A program made the position numbers and the translations under genes. Source: Candidatus Acidiferrum sp. (GTDB lineage: Bacteria > Acidobacteriota > Terriglobia > Acidiferrales > UBA7541). From it: 64,000 nucleotides of DNA. Position 1 is the stretch's first letter. Every line of letters begins with the position of its first letter. Of the stretch, positions 55,418 through 64,000 are shown in pieces. The notes beneath the pieces were generated by a model. It made no database searches, had not been told where the DNA came from, and saw only the letters and a program-made list of their open reading frames with translations. Location of the stretch: positions 5,032 through 69,031 of the forward strand of contig JBGPLB010000003.1 in assembly GCA_041486245.1 (NCBI GenBank). The letters are read 5' to 3'.

Positions 55418-57778
55418 ATGCAGCGACGGTCCGCACTGCTGTTGTTCTCTCTGCTCTTCTTGACCTCCTCCTTATGTTTTAGCCAAGGACCGATAAGGAA
55501 GTCCCTCTCCGGATATATTCGCGAGGAAGGGTCGGGCCACCTCATCACCGGGGCTCGCATAGAACTGCAAAATGCCATGGGTACCCCGATTGGCTCGGCA
55601 TACTCGGATGGTAATGGCGCGTACGAATTTGGCGATATCGGCGGCGGTGATTGCTATGTTTTGGTGCAACACGATGGTTACGACTCGTTCCGCCAGTTCG
55701 TGAGGCCGGATGGCTCGGGTCATGTATACAAAGATGTGTTCTTGCGGCCAGTGAGTCCTGAGTCCAAGTCCAAGTCCATAAACCCAGTTTCCGAGCACCA
55801 ATTGAGTATTCCGCGAAAAGCGCGAGAATCGTTCGACAATGGGATTCAGCTCATCGTTGAAAAGTCAGACTATCGAGGCGCCGTGGCTCAATTTGCCAAA
55901 GCCATCGACAAATATCCCTCTTACTATGAAGCCTTTGCTGCAATGGGCCTGGCACAGGAAAAAATGGGCGATGCGAAAGCGGCGGAGGCGGCGCTCCGAA
56001 AATCGGTTGAGCTGAGCGCGGAAAAGTATCCGCAGGCAATGATCGACCTCGCATCCATGTTCAATGGCCAAAAGCGTTTCCCCGAAGCCGAGCCTCTTCT
56101 CCGTAAAGTGATTGCTCTCGATGCTTCAACCTGGCGCGGCCCGTTTGAGCTAGCCGTTGCCTTGAATGGTCAGAATCGGTTTAGCGAAGCTCTGACAAGC
56201 GCGTCCACCGCCCGCGATCTGAAACCGGAAAACGCTCAAGTCTATTTGCTGCTCTACAATCTTCACATCCGCACGGATGATTTCAAGGCGGCGCTGGGCG
56301 ACACCGAGAGCTACCTCAAGCTCACGCCCGATGGCGCCACCGCTGACCGCGTTCGCCGCATGCAGGAACAAGTTCGAAAAGCGCTACAAACCTCTGTGAG
56401 CTCTCCCGGTCCGTCATCTGAGGTGACTCCTGTCACGCCACCCGCGGACTCCCCCGTTGACGCCGGCTCCTCGGCGCCGGGAGCGCTTTCTAATTTCACG
56501 CCGGTTGACACGGCCGACATGGCGCCGGCAGCTGCACCTGCCGCCGACGCCGCGAAAGTAGCTGCGTCGGTTCCAGCGACGGTGCCTGCAGATTCAGACA
56601 TCGCCCCGTCACCTGCCGCCGCACCATCCGTTGCCGCACCCGTCCCGGCAACTGCTGCCGCAAATGTTCCCGCTCAACCGAACGCCGCTGCTGCTACCGC
56701 ACGAAACGCCCTGATTCCTCCGCGCATGGACGAGATCGTCTCCCAGGTCGCTGTGGATGTTCCTTGCTCTCTCCCAACGATTTTGCTGGGTGCGGGCCAC
56801 CGCGCTGAGCAGCTTTTGAACACGCTACAAAAATTTAACGCCTCCGAGCGAGTCGAACATTACAAACTGAATGCAGCCGGAGTGCCTGGCGCTGCGGACG
56901 TTCGCTCGTTTGATTACGTTGTATCCGTGTCCCACGATGCGCAGGGCGGATTCCAATTGCAGGAATACCGTAACGGCGGCATCGTCCGCGCGCAACAGTT
57001 CCCGTCAGGAATCATCACCGAAAACCTTTCCGAGCATGGCCTCATCTTTCATCCGTTGCTCGCGAGTGGTTTCCATTTCACTTGTGAAGGGCTCGGAGAG
57101 TGGAAAGGACATCCAACGTGGCTGGTTCATTTCGAAGAAAAGCCGAACCAGCTTAATCCGTTCCGGTCGTATGTCATCGGGGGGGTTCGCTATCCAGTCC
57201 AGCTGACTGGCCGTGCATGGATCGACGCGCGCAGTTATCAGGTCGTCCGGCTCGAATCCGATTTACTTAAACCGGTCGAGAAGATCCACCTTGTGCGCGA
57301 CCACATCTCGATTGAATACGCATCAGTTCACTTCCGCACGCGGAATGAGCAACTTTGGCTCCCGCAATCGGCCGATCTTTATGTCGAATTGGGCGGACAC
57401 CGCTTCTACCGCCGCCACTCGTTCACCAACTTTAAGATTTTTTCCACAGACACCGCACAGGAAATCCATACCCCCCGGGAGTCCTACTGTTTCACGAACA
57501 CAACCGAGCTGCTGATTTCTGGAGTCCTGAACGCAACGCCTGTGTCGGGAAAAACTCTCCAACCGTTACCCATCGCGCTGACCATCCCTGCAAACGGTAC
57601 AGTTTGCAAAACCGTCGGGACGGGTAAGGACGTCAACATTCCCGTCGAGTATCTCGCGTCTGCCACGTTTACACACGATGGCCCTCCCGGGTCGGTCGAG
57701 GCAGACGCTTTCCTGCCCAATAACATCGCTTTGGAAGTCATACCCAACAGAAACGTTCCCGTCAGTCAAAACCCTTGA
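55418..57778 (+). CDS. Secreted multidomain protein: CarboxypepD_reg-like domain, TPR repeats, Pro/Ala-rich linker and a C-terminal domain of about 340 aa of unknown function
   Basis: Signal peptide MQRRSALLLFSLLFLTSSLCFSQG. LSGYIREEGSGHLITGARIELQN...GDCYVLVQHDGYDS matches CarboxypepD_reg. TPR-like repeats follow. The linker is about 100 aa of P/A/S/V-rich sequence. I do not recognise the C-terminal domain. Confidence 0.8.
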   Translation: MQRRSALLLFSLLFLTSSLCFSQGPIRKSLSGYIREEGSGHLITGARIELQNAMGTPIGSAYSDGNGAYEFGDIGGGDCYVLVQHDGYDSFRQFVRPDGSGHVYKDVFLRPVSPESKSKSINPVSEHQLSIPRKARESFDNGIQLIVEKSDYRGAVAQFAKAIDKYPSYYEAFAAMGLAQEKMGDAKAAEAALRKSVELSAEKYPQAMIDLASMFNGQKRFPEAEPLLRKVIALDASTWRGPFELAVALNGQNRFSEALTSASTARDLKPENAQVYLLLYNLHIRTDDFKAALGDTESYLKLTPDGATADRVRRMQEQVRKALQTSVSSPGPSSEVTPVTPPADSPVDAGSSAPGALSNFTPVDTADMAPAAAPAADAAKVAASVPATVPADSDIAPSPAAAPSVAAPVPATAAANVPAQPNAAAATARNALIPPRMDEIVSQVAVDVPCSLPTILLGAGHRAEQLLNTLQKFNASERVEHYKLNAAGVPGAADVRSFDYVVSVSHDAQGGFQLQEYRNGGIVRAQQFPSGIITENLSEHGLIFHPLLASGFHFTCEGLGEWKGHPTWLVHFEEKPNQLNPFRSYVIGGVRYPVQLTGRAWIDARSYQVVRLESDLLKPVEKIHLVRDHISIEYASVHFRTRNEQLWLPQSADLYVELGGHRFYRRHSFTNFKIFSTDTAQEIHTPRESYCFTNTTELLISGVLNATPVSGKTLQPLPIALTIPANGTVCKTVGTGKDVNIPVEYLASATFTHDGPPGSVEADAFLPNNIALEVIPNRNVPVSQNP

Positions 57779-57823
57779 CCGCCTTTTCCATTTGGACCGC
57801 TGAACCTCGATGCTCCGGTGTCC

Positions 57824-59713
57824 TCATCCCGGCTTGTTTCGTTCGACTTCATCCTTTGCTTCGCGGATTGTTAAGATGCGATCAACTCCGGCCGGCGTGA
57901 TTTTTTGTCTTGCCCCGCTTGGCCAATAAACCTCAATCGAATCTACCTCAGTGGCTTTGCCCAACCCAAAATGGATGCGTTGATCTGAGCTCGAGCCGTA
58001 GGATCCGCCGCTATATACCTCTCCCCGCTGGCGAACTCCGCCTGCCGTCAGAAATACTTTTGCTCCGTTAGCATCCCGCGGACTCTTTGGCCCGCCGATG
58101 AGCTTCAGGTCCAGCCAATGATTGCCGGTCTTCAGCACATTTCGCAGCAATGTAGGTGTTGCATCGATGTTATTGATCACGACATCGATCGCGCCATCGT
58201 TGAAAATATCGCCGAATGCAGCGCCTCGGGCGGTAATCACGGCCGCAAGGCCACTCCCCGTTGCCGGGGGCACCTCTTGGAATTTCTTTCCGTCAAGGTT
58301 TCGGAAAAGCTGGGGGCGTTCTGCCCAGGTTGTTCCCCAATCTTGCTTGTCCACCTCCGGATACACGTGCCCGTTGGCAATAAAAAGGTCAAGCCAGCCG
58401 TCATTATCGTAGTCGAGAAAGCCGGTTCCCCAGGATAGAAATGGAGTTGTCGGACCGGCAAGCCCCGCCGCATAGGTAACGTCAGAAAAGCTTCCTCCGC
58501 CGTCATTTCGGTAAAGCGTCTTGTAGTCGTCGGAAAACGTTGTGGTGAACAGATCGATTCTGCCGGTGTGCTGGTAATCGCCGACAGCGATCCCCATGGA
58601 TGCCTGCTCGCGTCCGTCCTCGCTAAGTGCGAATCCCGAGGCATAACTCTCATCTTCAAATGTGCCGTTGTGCTTGTTGCGATAGAGATAGTTCGGCGTG
58701 GAATCATTTGCCACCAGCAGGTCCACCCACCCATCGTCATCTACGTCCACGAATGCCGAAGCCAGGCCGTAGTAACGGTTCGGATCGGAAACGCCGGCTT
58801 TAACGCTGACGTCCGCAAACGTACCATCGCCATTGTTGTGGAACAGGTGGTCGCTCTCTCCCGGCAAGCCTCGCGGTCCGCACATCACGGCAATCCCTCG
58901 AAATTGACAAAAATTTGGTGGAATTCGTCCTTGTCCCGCAATCGGCGGATTGTCCACGTCGTACTTCACATAGCCCGGTACAAATAAATCCAGCAATCCG
59001 TCGTGATCGTAATCGCCCCACGTGGGTCCAGCCGACCAGCCGCCTAGCGCCACGCCTGCCTTCTCAGCAACATCCGTAAAGGTGCCGTCGTGGTTGTTGT
59101 GATAGAGACGGTTCTTGCCAAAGTTCGCGACGTAAATATCCGGCCAGCCGTCATTGTCATAGTCGCCCACGGCCACGCCAAATCCCCAGCGCTTGTTGGC
59201 CACACCCGCTTTCTCCGTGACATCCGTAAAAGTGCCGTCATGATTGTTGTGGAAGAGCATGGCTCGCGGCGGAGCTTCCTTCCCCTTCAAAGCCGCTTCG
59301 GTGGAACCATTCAACAGATAGATGTCTTGCCAGCCGTCGTTGTCGTAGTCGAGCAACGCCACGCCGGAGCCGATGGTTTCAAGGATCGTCGTTTTCTCCG
59401 GAGCTCCAGAACGATGCAGGAACTTCTCGAGGCCAGCTTGTTTGGTAATGTCGCTGAACACAACCGTTGCGCCGTCGACAAATCCTCCTGCCGTGATTGG
59501 CCGGGAAAGTGAGTCCTTCACTGCGGGATGCGCAGCGCCGGTTGCAACTCCCATCCCCGAAGAAGGCTGCTTTGTCTTCTGATCTGGCCCCTGCTGGCCG
59601 GGTGAGCCCAGGGCGAGCAAAAAGATGAGAGAAGTGACTGAAATCAAACTCGCTGCTGCTCTCAGTTTTAAGCGACTGGCTTGCTTCGGCCATGGACTTG
59701 GAGACGTCATCAA
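57824..59713 (-). CDS. CRTAC1-family FG-GAP/VCBS + ASPIC/UnbV protein (CRTAC1-3)
   Basis: Same repeat architecture ([27 protein letters not shown], and so on). C-terminal GGSYGSSSDQRIHFGLG...IEVYWPSG. N-terminal hydrophobic signal. Confidence 0.9.
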   Translation of the reverse strand: MMTSPSPWPKQASRLKLRAAASLISVTSLIFLLALGSPGQQGPDQKTKQPSSGMGVATGAAHPAVKDSLSRPITAGGFVDGATVVFSDITKQAGLEKFLHRSGAPEKTTILETIGSGVALLDYDNDGWQDIYLLNGSTEAALKGKEAPPRAMLFHNNHDGTFTDVTEKAGVANKRWGFGVAVGDYDNDGWPDIYVANFGKNRLYHNNHDGTFTDVAEKAGVALGGWSAGPTWGDYDHDGLLDLFVPGYVKYDVDNPPIAGQGRIPPNFCQFRGIAVMCGPRGLPGESDHLFHNNGDGTFADVSVKAGVSDPNRYYGLASAFVDVDDDGWVDLLVANDSTPNYLYRNKHNGTFEDESYASGFALSEDGREQASMGIAVGDYQHTGRIDLFTTTFSDDYKTLYRNDGGGSFSDVTYAAGLAGPTTPFLSWGTGFLDYDNDGWLDLFIANGHVYPEVDKQDWGTTWAERPQLFRNLDGKKFQEVPPATGSGLAAVITARGAAFGDIFNDGAIDVVINNIDATPTLLRNVLKTGNHWLDLKLIGGPKSPRDANGAKVFLTAGGVRQRGEVYSGGSYGSSSDQRIHFGLGKATEVDSIEVYWPSGARQKITPAGVDRILTIREAKDEVERNKPG

Positions 59714-59944
59714 TAATTCCTAGATGGACTCCAAACTAGGAGTCAGTTGCGGAACTTCGTTCGTTGCGCGTCACGAGCAGGCCCGCGCGTTCAGAATCTG
59801 CTCCATTACTAACAGTATCAAAACCGGCCTCCCGGTTCACCGTCCGGCGGTCTCGCCGCAGTCAGTGGAAAGGTAAGCATCAGGGTCGCAGCTGCTACAA
59901 ATTAAAAAAAGTGCTTGACAACACTGTGGCTCCAGTGAAAAGCT

Positions 59945-59960
59945 CCGTTTACGTTAACGG
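59945..59960. promoter_or_regulatory. Operator candidate, site C (CCGTTTACGTTAACGG)
   Basis: 16-bp palindrome, 14 of 16 positions symmetric, 36 nt upstream of the TBDR2 ATG and 24 nt downstream of an A-tract plus TTGACA (59915-59920). Its reverse complement matches site A in 15 of 16 positions. Confidence 0.5.
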
Positions 59961-59995
59961 CGTTTCCAATCGCCGTGGGGTGTGGAGGCGTAACT

Positions 59996-62900
59996 ATGAG
60001 TGTTTTGTCACCGTCTGCGAAGAATATCGTTTTTGTAGTCAATCCTTTTCGGCTCCGCTTTTTATTTGTTCTCTTAGTTGCCCTGATTGGTTTTTCGTTT
60101 TCGACCTTCGCTCAACAAGCCACCATCGTAGGGACAGTTACCGATCCTTCCGGTGCCGTTGTACCGAATGTGGCTGTAACCATCACAAATGCCGAGACGG
60201 GCTTGAGTCGAACGTATCCGACGAACGATGCCGGCCAGTACGTCGCGCCGGATCTTCGTATCGGCCACTACGACGTTAAAGCCACGGCTGCTGGATTCAA
60301 GGTAGCCGAGCAGAAGAGCATCGTGCTGAACGTTGGCGACCGCATTCGCGTTGATTTCCAGATGACGATGGGCGCCGCTCAGGAAACCGTTACTGTCGAA
60401 GCCAATGTTGTGCGCGTTCAGACTGATTCTGGAGAAGCCAGTAACCTCATCACCGGCCAGCAATTGTCGCAGCTTGCCGTGAACGGGCGCGGCATTTACC
60501 AGCTAGCTGCTCTGGCGCCTGGAGCCTCGAGTCGCATCAATCCCTCCGCTCCGAACACACCGGTTGGTGGCGATGCTGGGGTGCAATTCAACGGGATGCG
60601 CCAGAACCACAACATCTATTTACTCGATGGCGGCGAAAATGACGACCGCGGAGGCGCGGGCGGCATGAGCATTGCTCCATCCTCTGACTCCATCGCAGAA
60701 TTCCGAGCTCTCACTTCCAACTACAGCGCTGACTATGGCCTCTCTTCGGCTGCCACAATGACCATGGTTCTTAAGTCTGGTACGAGCCAGTTGCATGCTT
60801 CCGCCTGGGAGTTCAACCGCAACGACGCCTTCGATGCGCGCAATTTCTTCAATCCTGCGCCGCAAAAGGTTGCAGAGCTGCGCGTGAACGTCTTCGGCTT
60901 TAACGTAGGCGGCCCCGTAACCTTTGGCAAGCTTTACAACCCAAACAGAACCAAGACTTTCTTCTTCTACAACATGGAATGGCGCAAATATATTAACGGC
61001 GGTCTCACCAACCAAACGGTTCCGGACCCTGCATCTTATGGCGGTAACTTTAGCTCCAACACCGCCGTGATCAACGTCCCGAGCGCCGCGCAAGTTGCTC
61101 CAAACGTCCTCTTTGGCAATTGTCCCGGTGGCGCTGCCCCTGCGGGAGTTGTCCAGGGATCGCCGTTTCCGGGCAACATTATTCCGGCCTGTATGATCTC
61201 TCCGAACGCGACGGCTTTGCTCACCGCTGGAATTTTCCCCAAGGCCAATGCCGTTGATTCTAACGGGCGCCCCACGTTTATCGGCGGCAACAACTCTCCC
61301 ACGAATTTGAAGGAAGAGATTGTCCGCATCGATCACAACTTCAGCAGCAAGTTTTCTGTGTTTGGCCACTACATCGCCGAACAGGTCTCGCAGGGCTTCG
61401 GGATCAGTCAGTGGAGCGGTGCCAACGTTCCTACCGTCGGCGACACGTTTGGCAACCCGTCGTACAGTGCCGTTATCCATACCACCTATAGCATTAGCCC
61501 AACGCTGATCAACGAGGCTGCCTTCAACTACAACGGTAACCGCATCAACATCATCCCATTTGCGGGTTCCGGTTTGGCTAGCCTGGCCCTCCCGAGCGGT
61601 TACGTCTCCACGAATTCCAGGCTCTTCACCGGCCCGAATAATTCGAACCGCATCCCGAATATCGATTTGAACGGCGGAATTAACTCCCATTTCGAAATCG
61701 CCAGCTGGCCTTGGACGAACAAGGCTGACGATTACCAGGTCCGCGACGACCTATCCCTCACCAAGGGAACGCACCAACTCAAGTTCGGAGCAAGCTGGGC
61801 AATCTATAAGAAGGTTCAGGACCTGTTCGGTACGACCCAGGGTTCCTTCAACTTTGACGGGACGTTTACCACGCCTGCTGGTCAGAAGAGCAAGGCCGGC
61901 AACGACCTTGCTGATTTCCTGCTCGGCACCGCAAAGAGCTACAACGAACTCGCGGTTCAAGATCACGGCTATTGGAACAACGTCTCTTGGGCCGCCTACG
62001 TCCAGGATAACTGGCGCGTAAACCGCCGGCTCACCTTGAACCTGGGCTTGCGCTGGGACGGTGTGCCGCACACTTACGAAGCCAACAACCGCATGGGCAA
62101 CTTTTACCCGTCACTTTACAACACCGCCAACGCGGCCACTTTCGATACCGCTCACAACATCTGCAGCGGGCCCGCGGATCCTGGCTGCACTGCAATCAGT
62201 CCCGGCCTTGGCACTAGCCCCAATTCGATTCTTGCCGGTGTTCCCCTTTACCTCAATGGCATCGGCATCCCTGGCCAGAACGGTGTCCCCAAGGGTCTAG
62301 TGAACAATCACTGGGCCGCCTTCGGTCCTCGAATCGGCTTTGCCTATGACCTGACTGGCAGCGGCAAGACCGTGGTTCGCGGCGGCTTCGGCGCGATGTA
62401 CGAGCGCATCCAGGGCAACGACATGTACAACGCCGGCCCCAATATCCCGTTCAGCTTGGGCGTCACCCTCAACAGCGTAACGTTGGCGAACCCGGGCATC
62501 GCACTTGCCAGTGGGAGCGCAGCTAGCCGTCCAATCAATGCCGCGGACATCACTGGTCTTGCCGTTGACAACTATAAGCTGCCGGTCAGCTACCAGTGGA
62601 GCGTTGGCGTGCAGCATTCGCTGAGTGCCAAGTCGGTGTTATCGGTTTCCTATGTTGGCAACCAGAACCGCCATCAGAACGATTACACCGAGTACAATCT
62701 GCCTGACCCGAGCGTGCTCCCTGCGCTCATCGGTGGCGCCAACTACAGCTCGCAGCCGACCCTGCCCTTTAAGGGTTTCCACTCCATTCGCCAGGCATCC
62801 AACGAAGCCAACGGGCACTACAACGCGCTTCAGGTGGATTTGAACTCGCAGGTCGGCCGTGACCTTCAGCTTCGCGCCTACTACACGCTGTCGCGTACCA

Positions 62901-63526
62901 TCGATCCGACCAATGCCGGCAACGGCGGCGGAGATCTCGGCAACGTTTCAAATCCCTACATCGGATGGCGTTACGACGTTGGCCCAGGCGGCTATGACCG
63001 AACGCACATTGCCGCAATCAATTTCATCTACGACATACCCGTGTTCCGCAATAGCGCGAGCCGGCTTGTAAAGTCTACGATTGGCGGCTGGCAAATCTCC
63101 GGTATTGTGTCTGCAGGCTCCGGTCTGCCGCTCAACATCGGTCTCAGCGGCAACCAAAGCGGCAACGGCCTCCCCAATGCCGCCAACCGGCCAAACTTGA
63201 CCGGCACCGTCTCTTATCCACACACGGTTGCCCAGTGGTTCGATCCCTCGGCATTCACCGCACCGGCGGTTGGTGCCTTTGGGACGCTGGGCCACAACTC
63301 TCTGCGGGGACCTGGTTTCGATAACTGGAACCTGTCTCTCTTCAAGAGCTTCCTGCTCAGCGAATCGCGCGGCAGCCGTCTGGAGTTGCGCGTCGAGAGC
63401 TTCAACACTTGGAACCATACTCAGTTCCAAAACGTAAGCACTAACCTCGGCGACAGCAAGTTCGGCCAACTCACTTCCGCCGCTGACCCACGAATCTTCC
63501 AGCTCGGCGGGAAGATTTACTTCTAA
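59996..63526 (+). CDS. TonB-dependent outer-membrane receptor with an N-terminal carboxypeptidase-regulatory-like domain (TBDR2)
   Basis: ATG at 59996 after GGAGG (59984-59988). Signal peptide. ATIVGTVTDPSGAVVPNVAVTITN...GHYDVKATAAGF matches CarboxypepD_reg. Plug motif LSQLAVNGRGIYQLAALAPGA. C-terminal GGKIYF. Confidence 0.9.
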   Translation: MSVLSPSAKNIVFVVNPFRLRFLFVLLVALIGFSFSTFAQQATIVGTVTDPSGAVVPNVAVTITNAETGLSRTYPTNDAGQYVAPDLRIGHYDVKATAAGFKVAEQKSIVLNVGDRIRVDFQMTMGAAQETVTVEANVVRVQTDSGEASNLITGQQLSQLAVNGRGIYQLAALAPGASSRINPSAPNTPVGGDAGVQFNGMRQNHNIYLLDGGENDDRGGAGGMSIAPSSDSIAEFRALTSNYSADYGLSSAATMTMVLKSGTSQLHASAWEFNRNDAFDARNFFNPAPQKVAELRVNVFGFNVGGPVTFGKLYNPNRTKTFFFYNMEWRKYINGGLTNQTVPDPASYGGNFSSNTAVINVPSAAQVAPNVLFGNCPGGAAPAGVVQGSPFPGNIIPACMISPNATALLTAGIFPKANAVDSNGRPTFIGGNNSPTNLKEEIVRIDHNFSSKFSVFGHYIAEQVSQGFGISQWSGANVPTVGDTFGNPSYSAVIHTTYSISPTLINEAAFNYNGNRINIIPFAGSGLASLALPSGYVSTNSRLFTGPNNSNRIPNIDLNGGINSHFEIASWPWTNKADDYQVRDDLSLTKGTHQLKFGASWAIYKKVQDLFGTTQGSFNFDGTFTTPAGQKSKAGNDLADFLLGTAKSYNELAVQDHGYWNNVSWAAYVQDNWRVNRRLTLNLGLRWDGVPHTYEANNRMGNFYPSLYNTANAATFDTAHNICSGPADPGCTAISPGLGTSPNSILAGVPLYLNGIGIPGQNGVPKGLVNNHWAAFGPRIGFAYDLTGSGKTVVRGGFGAMYERIQGNDMYNAGPNIPFSLGVTLNSVTLANPGIALASGSAASRPINAADITGLAVDNYKLPVSYQWSVGVQHSLSAKSVLSVSYVGNQNRHQNDYTEYNLPDPSVLPALIGGANYSSQPTLPFKGFHSIRQASNEANGHYNALQVDLNSQVGRDLQLRAYYTLSRTIDPTNAGNGGGDLGNVSNPYIGWRYDVGPGGYDRTHIAAINFIYDIPVFRNSASRLVKSTIGGWQISGIVSAGSGLPLNIGLSGNQSGNGLPNAANRPNLTGTVSYPHTVAQWFDPSAFTAPAVGAFGTLGHNSLRGPGFDNWNLSLFKSFLLSESRGSRLELRVESFNTWNHTQFQNVSTNLGDSKFGQLTSAADPRIFQLGGKIYF

Positions 63527-63547
63527 CCACCCCGGAAGCAGCACCCC

Positions 63548-63587
63548 GCCCCGCTCGCACGCACTGCGAGCGGGGCGTTTTCTTTTT
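63548..63587 (+). terminator. Rho-independent terminator after TBDR2
   Basis: 12-bp GC-rich stem GCCCCGCTCGCA / TGCGAGCGGGGC with a 5-nt loop, followed by GTTTTCTTTTT. Confidence 0.8.
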
Positions 63588-63715
63588 GAAGGCGCCGGCT
63601 CAAGACTGTCGCAGCCCCAATTGCTGGCCCGAGCGTGAAAGCACTGCGCTATCATTGACGCGTGAGCTCTTTGTTCCATCGCGCCGCTCTTCTACTTCGA
63701 ACTCGCCGGCCTGCA

Positions 63716-64000
63716 TTGCGCCCTCGGGGCACTAGTTCAGGCATTTCTTGCTCTCTCTTCACGCTGGCGGCTCTCGGGCTGCTTTGGCCAGGTTGTGTTG
63801 CGGCCCAATCCTCTAAACCCAGCCCCTCCGAAGCAATCGCTCTTGAACAGCAAGGGAAACTGGACGAAGCGGCGCAAGTTTGGCAGGCGGTGGTCAAGCA
63901 GAACCCGCGCGATGCCGCAGCGCTCGCAAGCTTGGGAGTAGTCTTCTCGAAACAACAAAAATATCCGCAAGCCGCGTCCGCTTACAGAAAGGCTCTCGCA
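63716..64000 (+). CDS. Secreted TPR-repeat protein, 5' part (runs off the window)
   Basis: This frame is open from 63665 to the window end and is absent from the ORF track because it has no stop. A TTG at 63716 gives (M)RPRGTSSGISCSLFTLAALGLLWPGCVAAQ, followed by the TPR-like AIALEQQGKLDEAAQVWQAVVKQNPRDAAALASLGVVFSKQQKYPQAASAYRKALA. Confidence 0.6.
   Translation, partial: MRPRGTSSGISCSLFTLAALGLLWPGCVAAQSSKPSPSEAIALEQQGKLDEAAQVWQAVVKQNPRDAAALASLGVVFSKQQKYPQAASAYRKALA

Noticed and set aside
60620-61690. 356-aa minus-strand ORF inside TBDR2.
   Set aside because: It is an antisense shadow ORF. The plus strand encodes a canonical TonB-dependent receptor.
1-64000. Search for CRISPR arrays, transposases, integrases, phage genes, toxin-antitoxin or defence systems, rRNA and intact tRNAs.
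   Set aside because: None was recognised. No spaced direct-repeat arrays, no DDE or tyrosine-recombinase-like ORFs and no small paired ORFs typical of TA modules were found. The only mobile-element hint is the tRNA-Ser fragment at 388-448.

Overview
About 57% GC chromosomal window. The gene content points to an Acidobacteriota (Terriglobia-like) genome: a PadR gene coupled to an ADOP-type duplicated FtsX permease, TonB-dependent receptors over 1100 aa with N-terminal carboxypeptidase-regulatory-like domains, and three CRTAC1/ASPIC-UnbV FG-GAP propeller proteins with TPR partners. I call 36 protein-coding genes. I saw no rRNA, intact tRNA, CRISPR, transposase or integrase. Left to right: (1) a roughly 600-bp non-coding stretch ending in a tRNA-Ser(GCU)-like 3' fragment. 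(2) An S9 DPP-IV-like peptidase divergent from a tightly overlapping six-gene trans-4-hydroxy-L-proline catabolic operon (epimerase, three-subunit D-Hyp dehydrogenase, DHDPS-like deaminase, KGSA dehydrogenase), plus a GntR regulator. (3) A GH127 beta-L-arabinofuranosidase and a divergent pair of large secreted paralogs of unknown function. (4) TBDR-TPR-CRTAC1-TPR followed by a convergent CRTAC1. (5) LacI, a FucI/AraA-family isomerase, GH31, a membrane protein, an SGNH esterase and NIPSNAP under a divergent TetR. (6) PadR-ADOP. (7) A secreted hypothetical protein, GH3, xylA-GH67, a YXWGXW-repeat protein, a second LacI and GH51. (8) A CarboxypepD_reg-TPR protein, a third CRTAC1, a second TBDR and the start of another TPR gene. 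Most interesting observations: (a) a 16-bp ACGT-centred palindrome recurs upstream of xylA, in the LacI-2/GH51 intergenic region and just upstream of TBDR2. This would tie the uncharacterised TBDR-TPR-CRTAC1 cassette to a hemicellulose regulon. (b) That cassette itself recurs in the window. (c) Hyp catabolism, an X-Pro-type peptidase, GH127 and two unknown giant secreted paralogs are co-localised, suggesting a locus for hydroxyproline-rich glycoprotein (extensin/AGP) utilisation. All functional calls come from motif recognition by eye; no database search was run.
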